The notes under the pieces are model-generated. The model was not told the origin of the DNA. It saw only the letters and a program-made list of their open reading frames with translations, and searched no databases. A stretch of DNA of 64,000 nucleotides, taken from an uncultured Gammaproteobacteria bacterium (GTDB lineage Bacteria; Patescibacteriota; Microgenomatia; UBA8517). Every line of letters begins with the position of its first letter. Within the stretch, counting starts at the first letter, position 1. This document shows, in pieces, positions 47,379-57,631 of this stretch. The stretch covers positions 9,873 to 73,872 of the forward strand of contig CAZIMC010000001.1 of the NCBI GenBank assembly GCA_964540475.1, written 5' to 3'. Made by a program: the position numbers and the translations under genes.

Positions 47379-47945
47379 TTAAAGCGTTTTATCTTTGCCT
47401 AGTCTGCATTCCTCAAAGGCCAAATCTATTGCGGAAATTATTAGACTAATTTTCTCTTTGGCTTCGGAAAAATTTATTGCATTTTTCTCATCAGGGAACC
47501 AGTGAAACACCAGGTTTCTGGAAGTTTTCCATGTCTCCCAAAGGTTTTCGGCAAGCTTCTCTCCCCCGCAATAATCTACCAGTTTTTTATAAACACTCTC
47601 CCTCTCTAAATCTTTTGGCAAATAAGGGCTTAATGATTTACCGATTCTTAAGTGTTTTCCATAATACTGCTCACGGTTAATAAAACCCAAATCCAAAAAA
47701 ATCTTCTTTAAAAATCCCTCATAAGCTTTTGCTGCAGGAAAAACAATAAATGAATAGTCCTCAAACTCCTCCTTGGATATTTCCTCGTTTCTTTTTTCGA
47801 AAATGTCTACTAGAACTAGTGACTCAGTAAATAATTCTTGCAGGTCTGCCTCCAGATATCTCCACCAGGCCTTATCTTTTAAATTAACATCCATAGCTTG
47901 TAAAATACTCTTCATAAGGATAGCTTTATATGGATATTGGGTCAA
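47379..47945 (-). CDS. hypothetical protein, possible HEPN-like domain
   Basis: All-helical 188-aa protein with a C-terminal R-x4-H motif (RNLVFH). Confidence 0.3.
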   Translation of the reverse strand: MTQYPYKAILMKSILQAMDVNLKDKAWWRYLEADLQELFTESLVLVDIFEKRNEEISKEEFEDYSFIVFPAAKAYEGFLKKIFLDLGFINREQYYGKHLRIGKSLSPYLPKDLERESVYKKLVDYCGGEKLAENLWETWKTSRNLVFHWFPDEKNAINFSEAKEKISLIISAIDLAFEECRLGKDKTL

Positions 47946-47981
47946 CTAAAACCTAGCTGGTATAATCTGTAAAGACATTAG

Positions 47982-50231
47982 ATGAAAAAAGGTCCAGGTA
48001 GTAAAGCGTCTATCAAAAAGGCTGTAAAACCAGTTAATTTACCTCCGACTCTTTTAAAAAAGCTAAGAAGCAAAAGAGCCATATTCTCATTGGTGTTACT
48101 ATTATCAACCGCCGGAATTGGGATATGGCTTTTTTGGGGCTTACCGCTTCCAACAAAATTAGCCTCCAATCAATTCCCTGTCTCAACTAAGTTATATGAT
48201 CGCAGCGGAGAATTAATCTACGAAATCTACGCAGATAGAAGAAATTCCCCTGTTTCACTGGATGAGCTGCCAGAGCATATTAAACAAGCAACAATCGCAA
48301 TTGAGGACAAGGATTTTTATAAACACCGCGGTTTTTCGCTGACTGGAATCGCCAGGGCGGCATATAACACTGTTTTTAAGAGCAAGCTTCAGGGAGGCTC
48401 GACTTTAAGCCAGCAACTCGTAAAAAATACACTCCTGTCACCTGAAAGAACAATAAGGCGAAAGGCACGCGAGGTCCTGCTCACAATAATAGTCGAAAGT
48501 ATATACTCAAAAGATAAGATTTTAGAGCTTTATTTAAACCAAATTCCTTATGGTTCAACTGCATATGGTATCGAGGCTGCTAGTGAGCTTTATTTCGGTA
48601 AACCCGCCAGGGACCTAAACCTTTCCGAGGCGACACTTCTTGCAGGTTTGCCTCAAGCTCCCTCGAGATACTCACCATTTGGGGCAAACCCGGACTTTGC
48701 CAAAAATCGACAGGCTACAGTACTAGCAAGGATGGTTGAGGACGGCTATATCACCGAGGAGGAGGCCGAGGAGGCCAAAAAGACGGAATTGACATACGCA
48801 ACAAATACCCCCCCGAAAGCTCCGCACTTTGCCCTTTGGATTAAGGAACAACTGGCAGAAAAATATGGCGAAGCGGTGGTTGAACGAGGCGGTTTAAGAG
48901 TAACCACAACGCTGGATTTGGATTTGCAGGAGTTTGCACAAGCCCAAGTGGCTACTGAAGTAGGAAAACTTGCACGGCAAAACGTTAAAAACGGTGCAGT
49001 TTTGGTAACTAGACCCAAGACCGGCGAGATCTTGGCAATGGTAGGTTCGAAAGATTATTTTGCCGAGGACGAAGATGGCAAGGTAAATATTATCTTAAGG
49101 GAACGCCAGCCTGGCTCCTCTATTAAACCGCTCAATTACGCACTGGCTATAAGAGATGGAAAGATCACACCTGCCACAGTATTGGCAGACGTGCCTACAT
49201 GCTTCTCAACCGCCGGTCAGCCGCTTTATTGTCCGGGAAATTATGATGGATCTTTCCACGGTGCAACACAAACCCGTTTTGCACTAGGCAATTCGTACAA
49301 TATTCCAGCAGTAAGAGTTTTAGCTCTAAACGGAATTGAAAATTTTATAAATTTTGTTACTGAGCTGGGAATAACTACTTTTAAAGACCCCAGAAATTAT
49401 GGGCTATCACTCACTTTGGGCGGTGGAGAAGTTAGGCCGTATGACATGGCAACAGCATTCGGGGTGTTAGCTAACGAAGGTGTCAAGCAACCATTAATAT
49501 CAATACTTAAAGTAGAAGACTACACTGGACGAATACTTGAAGAGGTTGATACAAAGGAATTAGAGGGAGACAGAATTCTCTCTCCAAATGTGACATTTTT
49601 AGTTTCGCACATGTTGCACGATAACAACGCACGAATTGCCGCATTCGGTGAGAGATCTTTTTTGAATGTAGCTGGCCACCCTGAAGTGTCGGTCAAAACG
49701 GGTACGACAAATGACAGGCGCGACAACTGGACCATTGGATACACAAATCAAATACTTGTGGTTACTTGGGTTGGCAACAACGACAACTCTCCTATGAGTG
49801 GAGCAGTCTCAGGTGTTTCTGGGGCATCACCAATATGGAATGCTGTAATAAGATTTGCGTTAGATAAAGCAGAAGACGGTTTCTACAGCTCGGATGAGGT
49901 CGCCCATGCTTGGCCGAGGCAGCCAGATGGTGTAATTGGAAGAAATATTTGCGCCAACTCAGGTCTTCTCCCTGGAACAGAAGGCGAAACGCCTAATTGT
50001 CCAACCAGATTCGAGTACTTTATACAAGGTGCACTACCAAACAAAATTCACGGTGAAACAGCGGACATTCAAATTAACAAGTTGACAGGTGCTGTTGCTG
50101 GCGGCAATGCCCCACCAGAGGAAATTGAAACCCAAAATAAAACTGTAGTATACGATCCACTGGGTACGGTATATTGTTTAGATTGTGCAATCCCAAAAGA
50201 CACAATCGTTGTTCGCTATCCTTTGCGCTAG
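47982..50231 (+). CDS. class A penicillin-binding protein (PBP1A, transglycosylase and transpeptidase)
   Basis: TM anchor, glycosyltransferase motifs EDKDFYKHRGF and GGSTLSQQL, and transpeptidase motifs SSIKP (SxxK), SYN and KTGTTN. Confidence 0.85.
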   Translation: MKKGPGSKASIKKAVKPVNLPPTLLKKLRSKRAIFSLVLLLSTAGIGIWLFWGLPLPTKLASNQFPVSTKLYDRSGELIYEIYADRRNSPVSLDELPEHIKQATIAIEDKDFYKHRGFSLTGIARAAYNTVFKSKLQGGSTLSQQLVKNTLLSPERTIRRKAREVLLTIIVESIYSKDKILELYLNQIPYGSTAYGIEAASELYFGKPARDLNLSEATLLAGLPQAPSRYSPFGANPDFAKNRQATVLARMVEDGYITEEEAEEAKKTELTYATNTPPKAPHFALWIKEQLAEKYGEAVVERGGLRVTTTLDLDLQEFAQAQVATEVGKLARQNVKNGAVLVTRPKTGEILAMVGSKDYFAEDEDGKVNIILRERQPGSSIKPLNYALAIRDGKITPATVLADVPTCFSTAGQPLYCPGNYDGSFHGATQTRFALGNSYNIPAVRVLALNGIENFINFVTELGITTFKDPRNYGLSLTLGGGEVRPYDMATAFGVLANEGVKQPLISILKVEDYTGRILEEVDTKELEGDRILSPNVTFLVSHMLHDNNARIAAFGERSFLNVAGHPEVSVKTGTTNDRRDNWTIGYTNQILVVTWVGNNDNSPMSGAVSGVSGASPIWNAVIRFALDKAEDGFYSSDEVAHAWPRQPDGVIGRNICANSGLLPGTEGETPNCPTRFEYFIQGALPNKIHGETADIQINKLTGAVAGGNAPPEEIETQNKTVVYDPLGTVYCLDCAIPKDTIVVRYPLR

Positions 50232-50273
50232 TTTCCCCTACTAACTCACTAGTTTTGCTATATAATAGGCGCG

Positions 50274-52739
50274 GTGGCAAAACGCGCCAGGAAACACAAT
50301 GAAAAATTTGCCCAACTCTTAAAGGTTAATGCCCTGGACTTGATTCAGAGGGTGTTGATAATTATTGGTAAACCAGTATATTTCATTCTTTCTTCTACAA
50401 TTATCATTTTCCTTTACTCCTCATATTTAATTGGCTCAACCCTTATTTCTTTAAGTAAGCAGCTTGGTAAAACTCTCGAAAGGTTATATAAAACTTGGAC
50501 AGCAAAATTTACAAAGCCTAAAGCTTCAAAGTGGCTTTTAAATCTTGTCATTTTAAAAGCTAAATTAAATCTGTTCGCCTTAGGGTCCAAACTAAGAAGT
50601 AGTAAAACAAAAATTAAGAAAAGACCAAAGACCCTCACCATATTTTATCAATTCTCTCTGGCAGGTTTTCTTTTAATACTTACTTTGGGTTTTGGGTTCT
50701 GGTATATAATACTCAGAGATCTTCCAGAACCAGCAGAACTGACCCAAAGAGATCTTGAAGTGTCAACAAAAATTTACGATAGGAACGGCATACTTCTATA
50801 TAAAATATACCGCGACCAAAACAGAACCCCCATAGCGCTTTCCCAAATCCCCATTCATGCACGGCTTGCCACAATCGCCATTGAGGATGCCGAATTCTAC
50901 AACCATCCTGGCTTCTCGCTGCGCGGTATTTTGCGCGCAATTATTAGGAATGTTCAAAAAGGAGAACTTGCTGGCGGCTCAACAATCACCCAACAGTTAG
51001 TAAAAAATGCCCTTCTATCCCCCGAAAAAACATTACCGCGAAAGTTAAAGGAGTTAATACTCGCAGTTCAGGTTGAGCTATCATTCTCCAAAGATGAAAT
51101 TCTTGAGATGTACCTTAATGAGGTAAGTTATGGAGGAACGGCGTATGGTATTCAAGAAGCATCGCAGGTTTATTTTGGTAAAAATGCACAGGATTTGACA
51201 TTGGGAGAAGCATCGCTCCTGGCTGGTCTTCCCAAAAGCCCATCCCGCTTTTCTCCTTTTGGTTCACACCCTGAGCTTGCACTTGCACGACAAAAAGAAG
51301 TTTTAAATTTGATGGTTAATAATAAGTTTATTACTGAAGAGGCAAAAGTAGGGGCAGAAAATGAAATTCTAAGATTTAACCAAAACAAAATCGATATTAA
51401 AGCTCCACACTTCGTTATGTATGTAAGAGAGTTACTAGCAGAAATGTATGGCGAGGAAACACTCACAACGGGTGGCTTAGAAGTCATAACTTCCTTAGAC
51501 CTCTCAATTCAGCAGATGGCTGAAAACGCTGTCCGGGAAGAGGTTGAACGAATTAAAAACCTGAATGTCGGAAATGGTGCAGCCGTAGTAGTTAACCCAA
51601 CTACAGGTGAAGTACTAGCAATGGTGGGATCTAAAAATTACTTTGACTACCAAAATGACGGCAATGTTAATGTGGCAGTTAGGCCGAGACAACCAGGTTC
51701 TTCAATTAAAGTTATAAATTACGCCCATGCCCTCTCAAACGGATTAACTCCAGCTTCAACTATTAGCGACACCCCAATTACGTTTTCAGTACCCGGCAGC
51801 GCACCTTATACACCCAGAAACTACGATAATACATATCGCGGTACAATTACGCTACGCAGCGCATTGGCAGAAAGCAGGAATATTCCTGCTGTTAAAGTCC
51901 TGGCCAGCTATGGTGTTGAAAAAATGATTGAGTTGGGACGCAATATGGGAATTACGACTTGGGACAATTCGTCACGGTTTGGCTTGTCCCTCACCCTGGG
52001 AGGAGGAGAAGTCAAGTTAATTGAGCTTGCACAAGTTTACGCCACAATTGCCAATTACGGAAAACGCGCAGATCTAACTAGTATTTTGCGGGTCACAAAT
52101 TATAAAGGCAAAACACTAATGTCTAGTGAATGCAAAAAAAATGCTACTTCCTGGGCTAGCATTGTACACGCCTCTGAAGCAACTCCTCCCAGTTGCGAGG
52201 GTAAAGAAGTGTTGGATAAAAGAGTTGCTTTTCTACTTATTGATATCCTAAAAGACAACATTGCGCGTGCTCCAGCATTTGGACTTAATTCTCAGCTGGT
52301 TATCCCCAAACACAACGAGGTGGCAGTCAAAACTGGCACCAGCAACGACTTAAGAGACAATCTGACAGTGGGCTTTAATCAAGATTATGTTGTCGCGGTA
52401 TGGGTGGGAAACAATAACAACGCACCAATGAGCAGAATCGCATCTGGTGTAACCGGAGCTGCGCCCATATGGAATAGAATAATGGTTAGCCTACTAGCCA
52501 ACACCTCAAATCACGATTGGGTAATACCTGAAGGGGTCATCAAGCTCCCTATCTGCACATTGACTGGAACATTAACATGCGAGGGTTGTCCAACTAGAGG
52601 AGAATGGTTTTTAGAAGAGGCTACACCAACGAGAGCATGCAGCCCAGAGGTGATTGAAAGAATACGCCTAGAACGCGAGGAGCAAGAAAAACAAAGATTA
52701 GAAGGACAGATTATTGAACCGGCTGCGAGCTTCCCTTAA
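50274..52739 (+). CDS. class A penicillin-binding protein, second tandem paralog with an extended N-terminus
   Basis: EDAEFYNHPGF, GGSTITQQL, SSIKV and KTGTSND motifs. About 130 extra N-terminal residues, including the TM segment. Confidence 0.85.
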   Translation: MAKRARKHNEKFAQLLKVNALDLIQRVLIIIGKPVYFILSSTIIIFLYSSYLIGSTLISLSKQLGKTLERLYKTWTAKFTKPKASKWLLNLVILKAKLNLFALGSKLRSSKTKIKKRPKTLTIFYQFSLAGFLLILTLGFGFWYIILRDLPEPAELTQRDLEVSTKIYDRNGILLYKIYRDQNRTPIALSQIPIHARLATIAIEDAEFYNHPGFSLRGILRAIIRNVQKGELAGGSTITQQLVKNALLSPEKTLPRKLKELILAVQVELSFSKDEILEMYLNEVSYGGTAYGIQEASQVYFGKNAQDLTLGEASLLAGLPKSPSRFSPFGSHPELALARQKEVLNLMVNNKFITEEAKVGAENEILRFNQNKIDIKAPHFVMYVRELLAEMYGEETLTTGGLEVITSLDLSIQQMAENAVREEVERIKNLNVGNGAAVVVNPTTGEVLAMVGSKNYFDYQNDGNVNVAVRPRQPGSSIKVINYAHALSNGLTPASTISDTPITFSVPGSAPYTPRNYDNTYRGTITLRSALAESRNIPAVKVLASYGVEKMIELGRNMGITTWDNSSRFGLSLTLGGGEVKLIELAQVYATIANYGKRADLTSILRVTNYKGKTLMSSECKKNATSWASIVHASEATPPSCEGKEVLDKRVAFLLIDILKDNIARAPAFGLNSQLVIPKHNEVAVKTGTSNDLRDNLTVGFNQDYVVAVWVGNNNNAPMSRIASGVTGAAPIWNRIMVSLLANTSNHDWVIPEGVIKLPICTLTGTLTCEGCPTRGEWFLEEATPTRACSPEVIERIRLEREEQEKQRLEGQIIEPAASFP

Positions 52740-53454
52740 CACGCATCAGGTCCTTAAGAAGCAGTATTTGAAAAAGAACAAAAAAGGGACTGAAAAAAAT
52801 CCAAATCACAGGTCCAATTACAGGAATATATTCCAAAACAAAACTTACCAAAAAAGCAATTAACCCAAAGATTAGATACCTACCGATCACTTGCCAAAAA
52901 TATCCACTTATCAGTTGCTTACTTTTTCGAATTGCCGCCAAAACCCCCTGATTATCGACAACAACTAGCATACCAGCGAACGAAAACCAGACAGCAAAAA
53001 CTAAACCCGGAATGATTATAAGCAGTAAACCCAATATAATGATTAATCCGGTCAAAATGGATACACCCACGTATTTCCCCGTTTTGCACCACCCTTCTCT
53101 CAAAAGCTGCCTGATAGATGGCTTATTATCTCCAGCCAAGTGGAAAATGGCTACATAGATATAAGCCTGAAGCCAAAAACCAATTACAGATAAGGCTAAA
53201 ATAACAACTACTAAGAACAGTGAAACCCCATATGGCCCAAACAGAACCTGAAAATCAGTAAACCAAGTGGCACCATATCCAAATAGACCCATTCCAAAAG
53301 CCACCAACCCCAATGGCAAAAGAACTCCTATGGTAATAAGAATTTGCACCCCTACTACCTGCAAAATAAATATCCAGTTTTCCTTATTAAAATATAAAGA
53401 AAAGACACTTTTGAAAAGTTTAGAAACGGGAGTAAGTTTTTCTTTTGTCATCAA
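52711..53454 (-). CDS. hypothetical polytopic membrane protein
   Basis: Six predicted TM helices and no catalytic motif. Overlaps the PBP stop by 29 nt (convergent). Confidence 0.35.
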   Translation of the reverse strand: MMTKEKLTPVSKLFKSVFSLYFNKENWIFILQVVGVQILITIGVLLPLGLVAFGMGLFGYGATWFTDFQVLFGPYGVSLFLVVVILALSVIGFWLQAYIYVAIFHLAGDNKPSIRQLLREGWCKTGKYVGVSILTGLIIILGLLLIIIPGLVFAVWFSFAGMLVVVDNQGVLAAIRKSKQLISGYFWQVIGRYLIFGLIAFLVSFVLEYIPVIGPVIWIFFSPFFVLFQILLLKDLMRVKGSSQPVQ

Positions 53455-53482
53455 ATTAATTTAAATTAAGCAATTGACTAAA

Positions 53483-54550
53483 TCAATTGCCAATTTGTTG
53501 AGCATATAAAAGCTTTGCTAATTCGGGGAAGATTGCATCAGCCTCTTTTTCAACGACTCCTTGTGTCATTATCACCAGAACAAACGGTTTTTGTCCGTAA
53601 ATAATACCTGCATCGTTAACAACGTGAATCTCTCTTCCATACTTGTGTGCCACCCGCACATCGGCAATCCCGGCTTTAAGATGGCTCTCATAAATTGTGT
53701 CCGTTAGTGATTCAAGGATTTCGTTCCTGTTCGCATCGCTAACTAACTCATTTTTCCACAGCTTCTCGAAAAGCAACCCGACTTCGTAAGGCGTTGTTTG
53801 GTTTTTTGGCAAATCTGTTCTTGTCATTCCTATTTCATCCATAACTAACCTGATTTTTTCTTCCCCAATTCGCCTCCTAACTATTCCAAAGGCGGTGTTA
53901 TCGGATTGCTTACCCATAAGCCGCCCAAGCTCCCTATAAGTCAAAACGGTTCCCACAGGCTTTCCGGCCAAACTTCCGGACCCACCTATTTTATCTGAGT
54001 TCTTTAACGTATATGTGCTATCCAAGTTGATTCTCCCTGCTTCTGCTTCTTTGTAAAGAGCAATCATAACCGGAAGCTTCACAAGTGATGCCGCCTGCAT
54101 AACCTCACTCTCACCTACTCCATACCTGTTTCCCTCAGCAAGGTCAACTATATAGAAGGAATAGATTCCGGACAGGTTTCTTGTAATGGAATTAAAAAGA
54201 CTGATGGTCTCAAGGTTTTTCTTCCCGGCAGTAGTTACGTCGCCAATTACAATAGTTTCTTCCTCGAATAGATTGAGATTTAGTGAAGATAAACTCAGTC
54301 TAGGTAGACCAGGTAGTTTCCATTCTCTTGCCGAAACAGCAAGAACCGCCGAACATAGAATGGTTGCCAACAAAATGGATGAAACCAAGACTCGCTCCTT
54401 TTTACCCCACGGCTTTGGGGGCTCTTTACGGTTTCTCTTGTTTTCAGGTTTTAAATCTTTAATGCTTCTAGAAGAGACCGTTCTATTTAATCCTTCCCCG
54501 TTAAACCTCTCCTTTTCAATGTTCTCTTCTTTATTTCCAAAAAGGCGCAT
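53483..54550 (-). CDS. class A beta-lactamase-like serine hydrolase, membrane anchored
   Basis: SxxK (ASLVK), SDN (KQSDNTA), and a KTG-like KYG. N-terminal TM segment and linker. Confidence 0.5.
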   Translation of the reverse strand: MRLFGNKEENIEKERFNGEGLNRTVSSRSIKDLKPENKRNRKEPPKPWGKKERVLVSSILLATILCSAVLAVSAREWKLPGLPRLSLSSLNLNLFEEETIVIGDVTTAGKKNLETISLFNSITRNLSGIYSFYIVDLAEGNRYGVGESEVMQAASLVKLPVMIALYKEAEAGRINLDSTYTLKNSDKIGGSGSLAGKPVGTVLTYRELGRLMGKQSDNTAFGIVRRRIGEEKIRLVMDEIGMTRTDLPKNQTTPYEVGLLFEKLWKNELVSDANRNEILESLTDTIYESHLKAGIADVRVAHKYGREIHVVNDAGIIYGQKPFVLVIMTQGVVEKEADAIFPELAKLLYAQQIGN

Positions 54551-54594
54551 GTAACCATTTTACAACATTCAAACTTTGGTGGTACGAGTTAAAT

Positions 54595-55581
54595 TTATTT
54601 TCTGCGGGCAGGCCACACATCGGGGTTAACTAGATTAGAAGGCTTTTTACCTGCAAAGAAGTCCCGAATTGCTGAAACCGCCAACTCCCCCATTTTTTCC
54701 CTAGCCTCAAGAGTACCCGAGGCAATGTGAGGAGTCAAAATCACATTTTCCATTCCGATAAGTTCGGGGTCTATATCTGGCTCGTTTTCAAATACATCCA
54801 GGCCAGCACCACCTAATTTGCCATTTTTTAGACACTCGACCAAATCTCTCTCACAAACCACCGCCCCCCTTGCAGTATTTACTAAAAATGCCCCTTTCTT
54901 GACCTTTTTTAAAGTATTTATATTTATTAAGTGCCTTGTTTCTTCAGTCAAAGGAACATGTAGCGAAATAATGTCAGAGGAAAATAACAACTTTTCAAGG
55001 CTTACAAATTTTACTCCCAGTTCTTTTTCTGCCTCCTTATCGGGCTCTCGTTTAGTATACAAAATCTCCATCTGATAACCCTTGGCTCGCCTTGCAACCA
55101 TCGATCCAATTCGCCCCAATCCGACAATACCCAACGTCTTACCAAGTAGAGAGTGTCCTAAAAATATATCAGGCTCCCAGCCTTTATACCCGCCCCTTCG
55201 TGTTGCTTCATCTGCTTCAACAATTCTTCTTGTTAAGCTTAATATTAAAGCCCATGTGTGCTCTGCCACTGCCTCATTTACCTCATCAGAAGGTGTATTG
55301 GTTACAATTATCCCCCGGTCACTAGCAGCCTTAACATCAACATTATCAAAACCAACCGCATAATTTGAGATTATCTTAAGTTGCGGTCCTGCCGCATCCA
55401 TCAAATCACCATCGATTCGGTCTGTTAAAAGGCTCAGTAGCCCTTCAACACCCTTAACTTTTTCAACCAGCTCTGCATTAGTTAATGGTCTGTCAAATTC
55501 TGATATTTGCACATCCCCCAAGGTGTTTAGATTTTCAAGTTGGTTTCCTGGAATTTTTCTAGTTACAAATATTTTAGGCAT
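54595..55581 (-). CDS. D-isomer-specific 2-hydroxyacid dehydrogenase (glyoxylate/hydroxypyruvate reductase-like)
   Basis: NAD-binding motif GIVGLGRIGSMVARRA and a catalytic R-E-H arrangement. Confidence 0.8.
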   Translation of the reverse strand: MPKIFVTRKIPGNQLENLNTLGDVQISEFDRPLTNAELVEKVKGVEGLLSLLTDRIDGDLMDAAGPQLKIISNYAVGFDNVDVKAASDRGIIVTNTPSDEVNEAVAEHTWALILSLTRRIVEADEATRRGGYKGWEPDIFLGHSLLGKTLGIVGLGRIGSMVARRAKGYQMEILYTKREPDKEAEKELGVKFVSLEKLLFSSDIISLHVPLTEETRHLININTLKKVKKGAFLVNTARGAVVCERDLVECLKNGKLGGAGLDVFENEPDIDPELIGMENVILTPHIASGTLEAREKMGELAVSAIRDFFAGKKPSNLVNPDVWPARRK

Positions 55582-56573
55582 TAAAACTCCTCTACAGTAA
55601 CATTACAGCTTTTTGCTCTTTCAAGCCACTCACTAATTTGCTCTTCTTTAAGCAGTCCTTTTTGTGCCCCTACGTAACCAATCACAGAACCTGAATTAAC
55701 TGTGCCCCATAACAGAGCCTCTTTGATGTCTTTGCCTTTTACGAGCGCTGCTACACATCCGGCTCCGAACGAGTCTCCGGCACCTGTTCTTTCGTACGCA
55801 TCAATGGGCAAAACACCTGAGTGATAAAATTTTCCATCGCTAAGTACATAAGCCCCGTTGGCCCCATCAGTCACAATTGGAAGTCTAGGACCTAGCTTAC
55901 TTAAGGCTGTTAGAAGTTCCTTTTCCCTACTTTTGCTTTCGCTTTGTCCTGTAATAATTTCTGCTTCTTGCCGGTTGATATAAACAGCATAACAATGTGC
56001 TAACACCTCGCTCATCGCATCAACTCCAGCTTTAATTTCTCGTGTCCCCGGGTTAAATGCCAATTTGATCTGTGAATTTTTACCAACAATTTCAACAACT
56101 CTTTTGTATATTTCGGTATAATCATCACCCAACGAGGTTAAATATATCCAGTTAGTTACCGGAAACTCTTCAGGGAATTGGTGTTTTTTATCCTGCTTAT
56201 AAGTAAAGATTGTGCGCTCTCCACCGACCACAATGGCGGTTGAATAGTTGGTTGCAGTGCCCCTTTGTCTGTAAACATACGAGGTGTTAACTCCCTCTTT
56301 TATAAAGGTTTCAACTATCTGGTTTGAAATATTATCATCCCCTAGTGTCAAAATTGGGGCAACTTTAACTCCGAGTCGTCTTGTTCCTACTGCGTTATTT
56401 GCAGCGTTACCACCAATACTAAAATCCAAAGATTTGGCAGGAATCTTTTCGCCATACTTAAAAGCAATCATGCTTTTTTCGGTATTAACTTCGCAGAATG
56501 TGTCCGCCTCTGAAGGAACAATAAAAACATCCCAAGTAGCGTCTCCAATTGTCACAAGATCATGTTCATTCAT
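55581..56573 (-). CDS. PfkB-family carbohydrate kinase
   Basis: N-terminal GG dipeptide and C-terminal TGAGDSFGAG anion-hole motif. Confidence 0.75.
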   Translation of the reverse strand: MNEHDLVTIGDATWDVFIVPSEADTFCEVNTEKSMIAFKYGEKIPAKSLDFSIGGNAANNAVGTRRLGVKVAPILTLGDDNISNQIVETFIKEGVNTSYVYRQRGTATNYSTAIVVGGERTIFTYKQDKKHQFPEEFPVTNWIYLTSLGDDYTEIYKRVVEIVGKNSQIKLAFNPGTREIKAGVDAMSEVLAHCYAVYINRQEAEIITGQSESKSREKELLTALSKLGPRLPIVTDGANGAYVLSDGKFYHSGVLPIDAYERTGAGDSFGAGCVAALVKGKDIKEALLWGTVNSGSVIGYVGAQKGLLKEEQISEWLERAKSCNVTVEEF

Positions 56574-57576
56574 GAGTAGATTCCAATTCAGAGGAATATT
56601 TACCTTGTACCGCCAGGCTGTTCATTTTTGCCCTGTGAAGAAGGATTTTTTGCGCATCTATCAAATTTGCATCTTCACCCTTCCAGGTCTCCATTGCAGG
56701 ACCCTCCAGTGCCCTCTCAAATGAAAATGTAATTTTCCACGGCCCATCATTAACTCTGCAAATTTCGTTCAATCGTTCTGTTGCTGTTATTGCCTCTTGC
56801 CCCCCGGAAAGGAAAACTATTCCCGGAACATCCGCAGGAACAGTGTTCTTCATTGTTCTTAAAGTAAACTGTGCAACCTCGTGTGGAGCAGCGCTTACTC
56901 CATTGTCTTTCCCCGGCAAAACCATATTTGTTTTAAGAATAAGCTTTGTTAAGTCAACTTGTTTTTCGTTTAGCTTGTTAAATAAGGTTTTTAAAACGTC
57001 GGTGGTAATTTCCGCACAGCGTGTCGTTGTGTGCATTCCATCAAGTAGAACCTCGGGCTCGACAATCGGGACAAGCCCGGCATCTTGAACAAGCTTAGCA
57101 TATGAGCTCATGCGGTTAAGATTTTCCTCTAGCGCCTGCTTTGAAGGATAGTTGTCAGTAATTTTAAAAACTCCTCTCCACTTGGTAAACTTCAGGCCTA
57201 GCCCCTTATATTCAACCAACCGCTCTTCAAGCCCCCCCAGACCTTTGGTAAACTCTTCTTCCGTTTCGAGAGCCGGTTCAAGCCCTTGATCCACTTTGAT
57301 TCCTGGAATAATTCCAAAACTTTCAAGAGCTTCAATAAAACTTCTTCCATCAGTAAGGCTTTGTCTGACTGTCTCATCATATAAAATTGCCCCGCTGACA
57401 AACTCTGCCAATCCTCCTGTAGTTACAAGCACCTCTCTAAAGGCCCGCCTGTTCTCATCAGTCACCTCAATACCCGCGGCCTCTAAACGATTGTTCATTG
57501 TTTTGGTGCTTGCATCCATAGCAAAAATACCCTTACCTGGCGTTAACAGCGAGTTGATAGTTTGAAGTGGGTCCAT
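56566..57576 (-). CDS. class I (eukaryote-type) fructose-bisphosphate aldolase
   Basis: GKGIFAMDAS...ENRRAFREVL...GAILYDET is collinear with the GKGILAADES...ENRRFYRQLL...GVILFHET pattern of class I FBA. Start taken at MDPLQT. Confidence 0.75.
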   Translation of the reverse strand: MDPLQTINSLLTPGKGIFAMDASTKTMNNRLEAAGIEVTDENRRAFREVLVTTGGLAEFVSGAILYDETVRQSLTDGRSFIEALESFGIIPGIKVDQGLEPALETEEEFTKGLGGLEERLVEYKGLGLKFTKWRGVFKITDNYPSKQALEENLNRMSSYAKLVQDAGLVPIVEPEVLLDGMHTTTRCAEITTDVLKTLFNKLNEKQVDLTKLILKTNMVLPGKDNGVSAAPHEVAQFTLRTMKNTVPADVPGIVFLSGGQEAITATERLNEICRVNDGPWKITFSFERALEGPAMETWKGEDANLIDAQKILLHRAKMNSLAVQGKYSSELESTHE

Positions 57577-57631
57577 CAATTTAAATTTAACATCTTGAAA
57601 ACATTCACACAACATGTGTTATATTTATAAT

